This document shows, piece by piece, positions 9,382-18,118 of a DNA stretch of 32,000 bases. The first letter of the stretch is position 1. Every line of letters begins with the position of its first letter. The notes under the pieces were generated by a model. It was not told the DNA's origin. It did no database searches and worked only from the letters and a program-made list of their open reading frames with translations. The stretch covers positions 2,460,001 through 2,492,000 of the forward strand of contig NZ_CP042911.1 in assembly GCF_008065095.1 (NCBI RefSeq), given 5' to 3'. The DNA comes from Gemmata obscuriglobus (GTDB lineage: Bacteria; Planctomycetota; Planctomycetia; Gemmatales; Gemmataceae). The position numbers and the translations under genes were made by a program.

Positions 9382-9520
9382 GTGCGGCGCTGTAACGGGG
9401 GTTACAGTGCCGCACGGGGGTACACCCGATGGACATTCGCTACCGGTTGACGGGCGATTCGGTGGCGGTTCGCTGGGCCGTTGCTACCCAGGAATCGGCT
9501 CCCAAACACTTTGCAGGTGA
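9382..9520 (-). repeat. copy A of a ~130-140-nt non-coding repeat element ending in a 15-bp hairpin
   Basis: The hairpin GTGCGGCGCTGTAAC-GGGG-GTTACAGTGCCGCAC (9382-9415) has 14 Watson-Crick pairs plus one G-T pair. The adjacent ~105 nt align with copy B in reverse complement; the 57-nt block CAT.CGCTACCG...TCGCTGGG...TACCCA matches 41/57 ungapped. Confidence 0.7.
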
Positions 9521-9777
9521 GGCTTGTGGGTGCGACCGAACGTCCTCTCGGATCGCACGAGGTGAGTCGCAAGACGTTGCGAGGATTTTAGTTGTGGCGA
9601 AAATTTATTGCTTTGGCAGTGCTGCGATTTGGGCGAGACGCACGAAACACAGCCCCGCCGAGTGCGGGACCGGTTCGGTTGGGACTTCCGAAACTACCAC
9701 GAGTGGGAAAATAACCTGATGTGGCTACCCACCCGCACCAGCCGGCGGGGTAATAGACGACGGTCGTTGTACTGACG

Positions 9778-11043
9778 CTAGCCGTGCGGGCCGTGGAGTA
9801 CCCAACCCGGAGGGAGTTCGGCTTCCGGTTCCTCTTCCGGCTCCGGTTCGGGTTCCCAGGTTGCCAGCCGACGGGCCACGCAGTGTCGGGCGATGATGAG
9901 GAAGCCGCCGTACCAGAGCCACGTGAACCGGAACAGGTTGTGCCCGAAGTTCCCCATGAACAGCAGCAGGAACACCGCGACCCCGATGGAGGACGGCAGG
10001 GTGAACACGAGGTCGGTTTGCCACTCCGGCATCTGCTTACGAACGCGGCGGATCGCCCGCAGGTTCATCCAGAAACACACCAGGAGCGTGACGAACGCGG
10101 CCGCGCCGAGCGTGCCGGTCTCGCCGACGAGCTGCCCGTACAGGTTGTGCGACTCGATCTTGGTGTTGTTCGCGGGCCGCCACGCGCCCGGCCCGATCCC
10201 GCTCAGCGGGTTGTTCCCCCACTGCTGGAACCCCATCACCAACCCCTGGTACCGGCCCTCACCGGACTCCTTGGCGTTCGCCGGCCCGACGTCCGGGTTG
10301 ATGATGGTTTCGAACCGCGTCTGGAGCGATTCGGGCAGTGCGACGAACGCCGCGGGCGCGACCAGCGCGAAGAACACCAGCGCCTTGAACCGGTACTTCG
10401 TGCCCCAGATGACGATGAGGGACCAGAGGAGGAGCCCCAGCAGCGACGACCGCGACCCGGTGAGCAGGATGCACAGCGCCGATAGTGCCACGTACCCGGC
10501 CAGCGCCAGACGGCCCCGCTTCCCGCCGATCCCGCTCTTCCAGAGGGCCGTAACGAGCGGGAGGGCGAAGACGATGCTGGCGCCGAAGCTGTTCGGGTCG
10601 CCGAGTGTGGTGTCCACGCCGATCATGCGGGCGATGCCCATGCGGTACGTGTGCCGGCCCGCGAGGTACTCGCGGAACGAGTGCAGCAGGTACCCGCCCA
10701 TGACGACGAGGAACCCGACCGCGACGTGCTTCAGGCCCTCTTCGTCGTGGATGGTGGTGACGAGCAGCACGTAAAACACGACGATCTTGAGCCAGTCCTC
10801 AATGACCGGCTGCCCGTACTCGGACCACGGGCTGATGGCCCACGCAAACAGCACCGCCGTCCCGAATGCGAGGTACGCCGCGTGCTGAACGTTCGGGAGG
10901 AACCGTTTGCCCGGGTAGATCGCCCACACGCCGAGGGTGAACAGCATGTAGATGCGCTCGACGCGCAGGTCGCCGAGCCACGGCCACACCTCGAAGGGGC
11001 GGTGGATGAACAGGAACATGTAGCCGATGAGCAGCCAGCGCAT
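9778..11043 (-). CDS. O-antigen ligase (Wzy_C) family membrane protein
   Basis: 421 aa, about 10-12 TM segments. The central loop LTGSRSSLLGLLLWS and the periplasmic loop with GIGPGAWR are typical of O-antigen polymerase/ligase-like proteins. Confidence 0.8.
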   Translation of the reverse strand: MRWLLIGYMFLFIHRPFEVWPWLGDLRVERIYMLFTLGVWAIYPGKRFLPNVQHAAYLAFGTAVLFAWAISPWSEYGQPVIEDWLKIVVFYVLLVTTIHDEEGLKHVAVGFLVVMGGYLLHSFREYLAGRHTYRMGIARMIGVDTTLGDPNSFGASIVFALPLVTALWKSGIGGKRGRLALAGYVALSALCILLTGSRSSLLGLLLWSLIVIWGTKYRFKALVFFALVAPAAFVALPESLQTRFETIINPDVGPANAKESGEGRYQGLVMGFQQWGNNPLSGIGPGAWRPANNTKIESHNLYGQLVGETGTLGAAAFVTLLVCFWMNLRAIRRVRKQMPEWQTDLVFTLPSSIGVAVFLLLFMGNFGHNLFRFTWLWYGGFLIIARHCVARRLATWEPEPEPEEEPEAELPPGWVLHGPHG

Positions 11044-11298
11044 GACACCGTCCCTGGTGCGTTGTCGAAAGTGTTGGGGTATCGTATCGGTTTGCCGGGC
11101 CGGTTGGGAAGCCCAGGTCGATTATCCGGCTACCGGTGGTGCCCGGTTTAATCGTCGCAAAGTCGGGTGCGAATGACGAACGTGCCGGCTGCGCAAGCTG
11201 TACCGATGGCCGAAAAGGTTCTTTCTGTTTGTCCTGATGCGTTTACGCCCGCTTCGCGTGTTGGCCCGGTAAATTGGTACTTGACGCAAGGGGGCACT

Positions 11299-12099
11299 AT
11301 GAGTCGGGAACTGAGCGGGCGGCGGGTGATCCTGACGGGCGCCAGCGGTGGCATCGGTCGGGCGCTGGGGGCCGGGTTAGTCGCGAGCGGCGCCCGGGTC
11401 GCTCTGGCGGCGCGCAGCGCCGAGAAGCTGAACGCGCTCGCCGACGAACTCCGGAACGCCGGCGGGGATGTGATCGCGGTGCCGACCGACATCACCCGCG
11501 CCGCGGACCGGCAGCACCTCGTGGAACGCGCCGTCGCGGCGTTCGGCGGGCTCGACCTGCTGGTGAACAACGCGGGCGTTGGGAGTTGGGGGCACTTCGC
11601 CGACTCGACCGAAGCGATCTGCCGCACGGTGATGGAAGTGAACTTCTTCGGCCCGATCGAGCTGACACGGCTCGCGGTGCCGCACCTCACGCGCGGGAAC
11701 GAACCCGCGGTGGTCAACGTCACCTCGATGTGCGGACGGAAGGGGATGCCCGCGTGGTCGGAATACTCCGCCAGCAAGTTCGCGCTGGTCGGAATGTCGG
11801 AGGCGTGGCGCGGCGAGTTCGCCCGGTTCGGGGTGGACGTAATCACCATCGTGCCGGGGCTGACCAACAGCGGGTTCGACAAGAACTGGCTCCGCACCGA
11901 CGGCCGGGCCGATTTGCGGTTCGCGGACGGGATGACGCCCGAGTACCTCGCGGAGAAGATTTTGGCGGCGGTCCGGGCGAACAAGGCCGAACTGGTGGTC
12001 GGGTCGGAAGCGCGGCGGCTCTTGCGGTTCAACCGGTTCTTCCCGCGGTTGACCAACTGGCTGCTCGCGCGGAAGGTGAAGAAGCTGTACGCCAAATGA
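11299..12099 (+). CDS. SDR-family oxidoreductase
   Basis: Start chosen at ATG 11299 (MSRELSGRRVILTGASGGIGRA, the TGxxxGIG cofactor motif). NNAG motif (LVNNAGV) and catalytic YSASK. Confidence 0.9.
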   Translation: MSRELSGRRVILTGASGGIGRALGAGLVASGARVALAARSAEKLNALADELRNAGGDVIAVPTDITRAADRQHLVERAVAAFGGLDLLVNNAGVGSWGHFADSTEAICRTVMEVNFFGPIELTRLAVPHLTRGNEPAVVNVTSMCGRKGMPAWSEYSASKFALVGMSEAWRGEFARFGVDVITIVPGLTNSGFDKNWLRTDGRADLRFADGMTPEYLAEKILAAVRANKAELVVGSEARRLLRFNRFFPRLTNWLLARKVKKLYAK

Positions 12100-12596
12100 C
12101 TGCGGAGGGCCGGATGGCCACGTTCGATCGCGCCGTACAAATCGCTGCCGCGGCTCACGCCGGGCAGGTGGATAAGGAAGGGCAGCCGTACCTGCTGCAC
12201 GTGCTCCGGGTCGCACTGGCCGTTGCGGACCCGGAGGCGCGCATCGCGGCCGTCTTGCACGACGTGGTCGAGGACACGGCCGTCACGCTCGAACAGATCC
12301 GGGCCGAAGGCTTTTCGCCGGCGGTGGTCGAAGCGGTGCGGGTGCTGACGCGCCGGCACGGCGCCCCGTACGCCGAGTACGTGATCGGCTTGAAGGCGAA
12401 CGCGCTGGCGCGGGCGGTGAAGTTGTCCGACCTGGCAGACAACTCACGGCTCGACCGCAACGTACTGACCCTCGACCGGTTCGACCGGGACCGTCGGCGG
12501 ATCGTCAAATATCTCGTCACGTACAAGTTCGTGGCCGACCAGATCGACGAACCGACCTACCGGGCGCTGATGGCCGAACTCGAAGACCCGGTGTGA
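12096..12596 (+). CDS. small HD-domain protein, RelA/SpoT-type (p)ppGpp-hydrolase-like (small alarmone hydrolase-like)
   Basis: ATG 12096-12098 overlaps the SDR stop TGA 12097-12099 (ATGA). The motifs AHAGQVDKEGQPYLLHVLRVA and AAVLHDVVEDT form the HD signature of the SpoT hydrolase domain. An alternative start lies at 12114. Confidence 0.8.
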   Translation: MTAEGRMATFDRAVQIAAAAHAGQVDKEGQPYLLHVLRVALAVADPEARIAAVLHDVVEDTAVTLEQIRAEGFSPAVVEAVRVLTRRHGAPYAEYVIGLKANALARAVKLSDLADNSRLDRNVLTLDRFDRDRRRIVKYLVTYKFVADQIDEPTYRALMAELEDPV

Positions 12597-12598
12597 CG

Positions 12599-13261
12599 CT
12601 ACCGCTCGCGTGCGGACCGGATCGCGTCCGCGCGCGTGGGCTTGTCGTCGAACGCGCGGCGCGTCACCGGCTCGCCCTTCGGTACGGACAGTTCCAGTAA
12701 CCCACCTTGGGTGTGACAGGGCTCGATCAGCCATTTGCTGAAGAGGTGTACGGTTACCGGACCGGTGGCGTCGCCGCAGTTGAACGGACCGGCGTACTTG
12801 CGGTGCGGTGCGACCGGCTGCCAAAGGGCGTGGTAGCAGTTACAGGCCACGTTCGATGGGTACATGCTGTCCGTCGGCTTGTACCGCACGGTGCCGGACT
12901 CCAACTTCTGTTTCTGGCACACGAGGAGGTCGTACAGTTCCGGCTTGGTCCGGTACGGCCCCCACACCGAGACCCGCATCCCCAGTTCGCGGCAGAGCTT
13001 GAACGTCTCATCAAGCGAAACGTTCGCGCCCGCTTCGGGGCGGAGGGTGAGCCCGCGGACCTTGCGCGACTCCGGGAGCCAACTGATCGAGTGCTGCGTC
13101 ACGGCCCCGTCGCTCACCTTCTGGAGCGCGGCGAACGTGTGCGTCTTCTTCGACTCGAACGGGACCGATTCGGCCGTAAAAACCGTGATGAAGTAATCGT
13201 CGGCTCGCGCGGGCAGCGGGGCGAGCATGAGGCCCGCGGTCAGGGCGAGCATTCGGCGCAT
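12599..13261 (-). CDS. secreted hypothetical protein (220 aa), Cys-containing
   Basis: Start chosen at ATG 13261 (MRRMLALTAGLMLAPLPARADD, a signal peptide). The remainder of the 455-aa track ORF upstream overlaps the vWA gene in another frame. No recognisable domain. Lies 56 nt downstream of the vWA gene on the same strand. Confidence 0.6.
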   Translation of the reverse strand: MRRMLALTAGLMLAPLPARADDYFITVFTAESVPFESKKTHTFAALQKVSDGAVTQHSISWLPESRKVRGLTLRPEAGANVSLDETFKLCRELGMRVSVWGPYRTKPELYDLLVCQKQKLESGTVRYKPTDSMYPSNVACNCYHALWQPVAPHRKYAGPFNCGDATGPVTVHLFSKWLIEPCHTQGGLLELSVPKGEPVTRRAFDDKPTRADAIRSARER

Positions 13262-13317
13262 GACATCACTCCTCGGGACCGTATCGGCGGTCGATCGGCC
13301 CCGGGAGGCCGGGAACT

Positions 13318-15030
13318 TCAGCCAGAAACGATCTGCTTGCGGCGTTTGATGTAGTCCCACACGACGAACCGGTCCAACTCGCGCCCCGCGGTGAAAACGA
13401 CCCGCCCCTTTGTGGCCTGGGCCATCCGGTACGCGAACTGAACGTCTTCGTGCGACTGGTTCCAGTTCTGAAGCAAAAAGATGTTGATGGTGATGCCGTC
13501 GCGGGCGCAGAGCAGCGCCTCCCGCATCGTCGCTTCCTCCGTGCGCGGGTCCGGCGGGTACAGCATGAACACCGTGCTGCCCTCGAAGTGGGCCGTCGGC
13601 AACCCGTCCGTGATGAGCACCACCTGCTTGTTCGGGGTGTCCTGGTTGGTCAGGAACCGCCGTGCCGTCTGGAGCGCGTGCTGGATGTTGGTGAAGTGGT
13701 GCGGGATGCGGAACTCGCTGGCGTTCGGGTTGCTCATGTCCTGCTTGAGTCGCACCACCGGGCTGAAGATCGTGACGGGTTTGGGCATCAGCCCGGCGAT
13801 TTCGGACACGTGCCGCGGCTTGGCGAACGTGTACATCTCGATGAACTGGAGGAAGTCGCCCGGGTACTCGCTGCGGATGAGGCCGTCCAGCGCGAGGCCC
13901 ATGCGCTTCACGTTCACGTACTGCCCGTCGTAGCGCATGGAGCCGCTCATGTCGAGCAGCACGCACGTCGCGGCCTTCGGGTTCACGCGCGTGCGGTGGA
14001 TCAGGATGTCGTCGGGCTTCATCCTCACCGGCAGCCCCGGCCCGGCCCGCAACAGGGCGTTCACCATGCTGGCGGGGATGTCCATCTGCGACACCGAGTC
14101 GCCGAACTCGTAGGGCTTGGTTTTGGGCGACTCGACCGCGCCCTCGCCCTGCACCGCGTCCGGGTGCCGCCCGGTGCGGGACGCCTGCATGTCGGAAAAG
14201 ATCTGCGTGAGGATCTTGGACTGGAACAGCCGGAGGGCTTTCGGGGTGAGCCGAAACTTGCCGGCCCCGTCGCCCTCGAGCCCCTGCTTCTCGGCCTGCT
14301 CCTTGATGTAGTCCTCGATCTGCTGCTGGAGCGCCTGAAGCCCTTCGATGTCGCCGGGCTCGGCGAACTTCTCCAACTGCTCCATGTCGATGATGGCGAG
14401 TTGGGCCGTCTTCTTGGCCTCGTCGAGTTGCTTGAGCAACTCGTCGATGGCTTCGAGCTCTTCTTTCACCTCGAGCGCGGTGGGGACGCTCATCTTCTCG
14501 CGCCCGGTGAACGCGTACTTGCCCGCGAGTTCGTCAACCTGGTACTTGTCCCCCAAGCGCTCCACGAGCGGCACCAGCGCCCTCGCGAAGGGGGAACTGT
14601 CGTTACCTTCCCGGAAGTACAAGGTTTCGAGGTCGGCGATCTGTTCGTCCTTCACCGCCCGCCGGAAATCGCCCGCGAGCTTCTTGGGTGGCGTGACCTG
14701 TTGCGCGGCGTCACGAAACGCTTTTGCCGCCGCCTTCTGGGCGGCACCCGTTTCGTAGGTGGCGAGGATTTTTCGCTTGCGCTCCAGGAGCATCTCTTTG
14801 AGCGCGTTGATGCTCGGACCGAGGTTGGCGATCTGCGAGGCGTCGAGGCGGATGGCGTTCGCGAGTTGCTCTTCCGTGAACTCGTCCAGGTCGCCGAACT
14901 CGAGCATGTGCTCCATCATCGGCGACACAACGTCGGGCGGGGGCGCGGTCGGCGACGGGAAGTTCACCGGGTCGTACCGCTGGTAGGTGTGAACGATCCC
15001 GCCCGGGGTCTGTGCTTCTTGGCTGTCCAT
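13318..15030 (-). CDS. vWA-domain protein (CoxE/BchD-like partner of a ChlI-like ATPase)
   Basis: Start chosen at ATG 15030 (MDSQEAQ...). MIDAS motif VLLDMSGSM. Long helical N-terminal half. C-terminal LITDGLPT strand typical of the vWA fold. Confidence 0.85.
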   Translation of the reverse strand: MDSQEAQTPGGIVHTYQRYDPVNFPSPTAPPPDVVSPMMEHMLEFGDLDEFTEEQLANAIRLDASQIANLGPSINALKEMLLERKRKILATYETGAAQKAAAKAFRDAAQQVTPPKKLAGDFRRAVKDEQIADLETLYFREGNDSSPFARALVPLVERLGDKYQVDELAGKYAFTGREKMSVPTALEVKEELEAIDELLKQLDEAKKTAQLAIIDMEQLEKFAEPGDIEGLQALQQQIEDYIKEQAEKQGLEGDGAGKFRLTPKALRLFQSKILTQIFSDMQASRTGRHPDAVQGEGAVESPKTKPYEFGDSVSQMDIPASMVNALLRAGPGLPVRMKPDDILIHRTRVNPKAATCVLLDMSGSMRYDGQYVNVKRMGLALDGLIRSEYPGDFLQFIEMYTFAKPRHVSEIAGLMPKPVTIFSPVVRLKQDMSNPNASEFRIPHHFTNIQHALQTARRFLTNQDTPNKQVVLITDGLPTAHFEGSTVFMLYPPDPRTEEATMREALLCARDGITINIFLLQNWNQSHEDVQFAYRMAQATKGRVVFTAGRELDRFVVWDYIKRRKQIVSG

Positions 15031-15122
15031 CGCGTTCCTCGGCGCAGTGGCGACACCGCATTGTACCGACCGCCAGTAATCGCGTGTGGCAACTTCGTTT
15101 TCGCAACGGGTACAATCGCTCC

Positions 15123-15938
15123 ATGACCCCCACAACCGTCGACGAACGGCTCGGCCACGCGCTCGGCATCGATTATGCGGGCCACCCCAACCGCCCGCGG
15201 CGCACTTCGGAACGGCAACTACGGTACGTGTGGCGCGTGACCTGTACCGACGGCTGGTTCGGTTCGGCTTCCCTGATGGTTGCTGGCTTCCTGCTCCGAA
15301 CTGACCCGCACCCGCGGCAGGCCGTCGTGCCGGTCTGGAAGGCGGCGCTCGGTTCGCGGTTCGATCGCCACCCGCCGGCGCCGATCGTAACCGCCGACCT
15401 GACGGACGATCCGGTGGTCGGTCCGCTCGCGGCGGTTCGGTGGTGCCACCTCAGCCCGTTCAACTATCCGCCCTATTGGAGCCAAGCGGACGGTAGCCGG
15501 ATGTCGCTCTCGTTCTGGACGGCCGAGAACGCCGGAATGAGCGTTAGCGTAGAACTTCCCAGCACCGCGTTTTACTATCGGCGCTCCATCGCACGGGTGC
15601 ACCGTGCGGCTATCGAACTGGCGGATCGGGTCGCACGCACTTCGGACGATGTGGAATTCCGAAAGGTGGTCGCTGAGTGTTTTCCCGGCGCTGGGACCGA
15701 GCCAACATCGGTGACGCCAAGCCCGGAAGAGCTGTCACAGTACCTGGCGCGACTGTTGCAATGGTGGGGAACAGCCCGCTCCCTCACTGTATGCGACTTT
15801 GAGGATCGCGCTCGTGACCTCTGGCAATTCGGAATCGACGAACGACACCTGCCGGAACTGCTGCCGGGGTACCCGCCGGAACTGGCCGGGCGGGTGCTTC
15901 CACTTCTCCGCCGTATGCACGAGGATTCGGAGGCGTAA
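15123..15938 (+). CDS. hypothetical protein (271 aa), no recognisable domain
   Basis: ATG 15123 begins the only long ORF in this stretch. It is divergent from the vWA gene and convergent with the nucleotidyltransferase gene. The coding call rests on ORF length and absence of competing frames only. Confidence 0.5.
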   Translation: MTPTTVDERLGHALGIDYAGHPNRPRRTSERQLRYVWRVTCTDGWFGSASLMVAGFLLRTDPHPRQAVVPVWKAALGSRFDRHPPAPIVTADLTDDPVVGPLAAVRWCHLSPFNYPPYWSQADGSRMSLSFWTAENAGMSVSVELPSTAFYYRRSIARVHRAAIELADRVARTSDDVEFRKVVAECFPGAGTEPTSVTPSPEELSQYLARLLQWWGTARSLTVCDFEDRARDLWQFGIDERHLPELLPGYPPELAGRVLPLLRRMHEDSEA

Positions 15939-15962
15939 AACGCGTTCGGCCCTGTAACGTGG

Positions 15963-16598
15963 CTACTCGGCGGGCTCTGGGTTGTCGCGAATCAGTTGCA
16001 CCAACTCAAGGTACTTTCCTCGGACGAACTCGTTGAGCTGCGTGGCGAGATGCTCGTCAAGCTTCAGTTGCGTGACGAGTGCCTGGACGTCCACGAGGTC
16101 TTTGGCGCGGAGCGGGTTTGTCATTCCGGACGCGAGCTTCAACTCGATCAGAGCCGGGAGCGAAAGGAACCATACGCCTGCGCCCTCGACACGCACATGG
16201 GACGGGTTCGGGAACGCAACCGGTTTCGGCTTTCCGTCGCCGGGAAACTCGCCCGTTGTCAGGAACTCGACCTTGACCCCGGTCGTCGTGTCCCTCAAGT
16301 GCTTACTCTTCTCGAACGGGGGCAAGTACCCCCGGCCTTCGAGTTGCTCGTGAATGGTTTTCAGATCATCCTTTGTTACAAGGATGTCGACATCTTCCGT
16401 GAACCGGCGGTAGCCGTGGAAGAACAGTGCAAGCCCCCCGCCGACGGCGTATACGATTCCCAGATCGTCGAGCCGCTTGGTAATGCGGCGCAACGTCTGC
16501 TGGACCGCGCCCTCTTCCTCGAAGTGCATACTGCCCTCCCGGAGCGCCCAGGCGAAATCGTTTTTCAGTCGCTGTTCATACGGGATGACGGCTTCCAT
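15963..16598 (-). CDS. nucleotidyltransferase-fold protein (AbiEii/DUF6036-like minimal NTase)
   Basis: 211 aa. AVGGGLALFFHGYRRFTEDVDILV fits the G[GS]-x(n)-D-x-D minimal nucleotidyltransferase signature. ATG 16598 lies 4 nt after the stop of the upstream AAA+ gene. Confidence 0.7.
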   Translation of the reverse strand: MEAVIPYEQRLKNDFAWALREGSMHFEEEGAVQQTLRRITKRLDDLGIVYAVGGGLALFFHGYRRFTEDVDILVTKDDLKTIHEQLEGRGYLPPFEKSKHLRDTTTGVKVEFLTTGEFPGDGKPKPVAFPNPSHVRVEGAGVWFLSLPALIELKLASGMTNPLRAKDLVDVQALVTQLKLDEHLATQLNEFVRGKYLELVQLIRDNPEPAE

Positions 16599-16602
16599 CG
16601 GT

Positions 16603-18012
16603 TCACGTCTCGTAGGTCATGCGGCCGTGGCGGGTGGCCCGGCTGATGCGGTCGCTGGCGTACAACCCCGCCAGCACGAACTCCGCGCAACTCGCCCGGA
16701 CCGCGTCGCTCGCGCCGGAGTTCACCTCGAACGCCTTCTCCCACGCCTTCGGGACGCGCTTCAACCGCTTTGCGTACTCGGCTGATGGCAGCATGTCGCC
16801 GACCTCGATCTTCACCCCCTTCGAGAACACGTCGGAGATCTCGTCCAACCCGTGCTTATCCACGTACTCCTCGAACACGGTGCGGATCGCGTCGGCGATG
16901 ATGGCCTCCAGCACCTGTCGTTCGCCCATCTGGTGCGAGCCCATCAGGTCCAGTTCCAGCTTGCCCAGAGACGAAGTGGGCAGGTGGCCCAAATCGGAGA
17001 TGCGCGGCACCGCCGGCTCCTCGCCGAGTCGCACCCCGCGGTGCCGGGCGCTGGAGATCATCGTGCGGTAGTTCGCGATGCTGAACCGGGCGCTCACCCC
17101 GCTCGCGTGGTCCACGTACTTCGATTTCCGTGCCGAAACGCTGATCTGCTCGATGATCTCCTTCATGAAGTACGGCACGAACACCGGGAACGCCCCGCCG
17201 GTGTCGAGCCCCGCTTCCTGCTCCATGATCTCGATGCCCAGCGCCCGCTCGCGCGGGTAGTGCGTCTGGATCAGCGAGCCGATGCGGTCCTTGAGCTGCG
17301 GGATCACCTTCCCGGAGCGGTTGAAGGTGCTCGGGTTGGCGCTGAACAGGATCAGCACGTCCAGGTCGAACTGGATCGGGTACCCGCGGATCTGAACGTC
17401 CCGCTCTTCGAGGATGTTGAACAGACCGACCTGAATCAGCTCGTCCAGTTCCGGGATCTCGTTCATCGCGAAGATGCCGCGGTGCATCCGCGGGATCAGC
17501 CCGAAGTGCAGCGCGTCCTCGGCGGACATGCTCGTGCCGGCCGCCAGCTTCGCCGGGTCGATCTCCCCGATGACGTCGGCGAACTTGGTGCCGGGGGCGA
17601 GCCGTTCGGCGTACCGCTCGTCGCGGTGCCACCACGCGATCCGGACCTGCTCGTCCGGCGTGTTCCGGAGGTGCTCCTTCGCCGCCCGCGTGAGCGGGGC
17701 GAACGGGTCCTCGTGGACCGGACAGCCCGGCAGGTCCAAATAGGGAACGTACTCGTCGAGGAACCGCACGAGCGACCGCATGAGGCGCGACTTCGCCTGC
17801 CCCTTCTCGCCGAGGAACAGCATGTCGTGCCCGGCCAGCACCGCGATGCTGACCTCGGGGACGACCGTGTCTTCGTACCCCACGATCCCCGGGAACAGCG
17901 TTTCGCCCCCTTTCAGCGCTTTGAGGTAGTTGTCGCGTAACTCGTGTTTGACGGACTTCGACTGCCAGCCGCTCGCGCGGAGTTCGTTCAACGTGGTCGG
18001 CCGGTGGCTCAT
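16603..18012 (-). CDS. ChlI/BchI-like AAA+ ATPase (often auto-annotated as a sigma-54-interaction-domain protein)
   Basis: Start chosen at ATG 18012 ([12 protein letters not shown]...). Walker A is [12 protein letters not shown]. The Walker B region is [34 protein letters not shown]. Overall similarity to Mg-chelatase subunit I-type ATPases. Confidence 0.85.
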   Translation of the reverse strand: MSHRPTTLNELRASGWQSKSVKHELRDNYLKALKGGETLFPGIVGYEDTVVPEVSIAVLAGHDMLFLGEKGQAKSRLMRSLVRFLDEYVPYLDLPGCPVHEDPFAPLTRAAKEHLRNTPDEQVRIAWWHRDERYAERLAPGTKFADVIGEIDPAKLAAGTSMSAEDALHFGLIPRMHRGIFAMNEIPELDELIQVGLFNILEERDVQIRGYPIQFDLDVLILFSANPSTFNRSGKVIPQLKDRIGSLIQTHYPRERALGIEIMEQEAGLDTGGAFPVFVPYFMKEIIEQISVSARKSKYVDHASGVSARFSIANYRTMISSARHRGVRLGEEPAVPRISDLGHLPTSSLGKLELDLMGSHQMGERQVLEAIIADAIRTVFEEYVDKHGLDEISDVFSKGVKIEVGDMLPSAEYAKRLKRVPKAWEKAFEVNSGASDAVRASCAEFVLAGLYASDRISRATRHGRMTYET

Positions 18013-18118
18013 GGTGCGTCCTTGTGCGTGGGCGGTACGCGGCATTTTACCCGTCCCACCGACCGCGACCAAACGGGCGGCCGTGGTAAGATGGCGGTGC
18101 CCCCAGGGAGAACCGCAG

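Noticed and set aside
9245-9436. 63-aa minus-strand ORF with C..C-like residues (YHCAECRRG) spanning the copy A hairpin
   Set aside because: It is too short, has no ribosome-binding site, and runs through the repeat hairpin. The Cys pattern is not a recognisable zinc-finger or HNH motif.
9098-9520. Possibility that the repeat element is protein-coding. The ORFs 9098-9520 (plus) and 20541-20852 (minus) both translate to ..GAVTGVT.P....H.LP.D.....G.SLG..YP.
   Set aside because: The similarity follows from nucleotide identity. Differences are not concentrated at third positions. A 17-nt indel breaks the frame toward the distal end. The upstream parts of the two ORFs are unrelated. Neither has a credible start or ribosome-binding site.
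11105-11135. tRNA-like T-loop resemblance (AGGTCGATTATCC) in the divergent promoter region
   Set aside because: The flanks cannot form the T-stem, acceptor stem or anticodon arm. No cloverleaf could be drawn.
11148-12359. 403-aa minus-strand ORF antisense to the SDR gene, and the N-terminal 270 aa of the 11274-12596 plus-strand ORF
   Set aside because: The SDR frame has the TGxxxGIG, NNAG and YxxxK motifs. The competing frames have none. The HD protein starts only at 12096.
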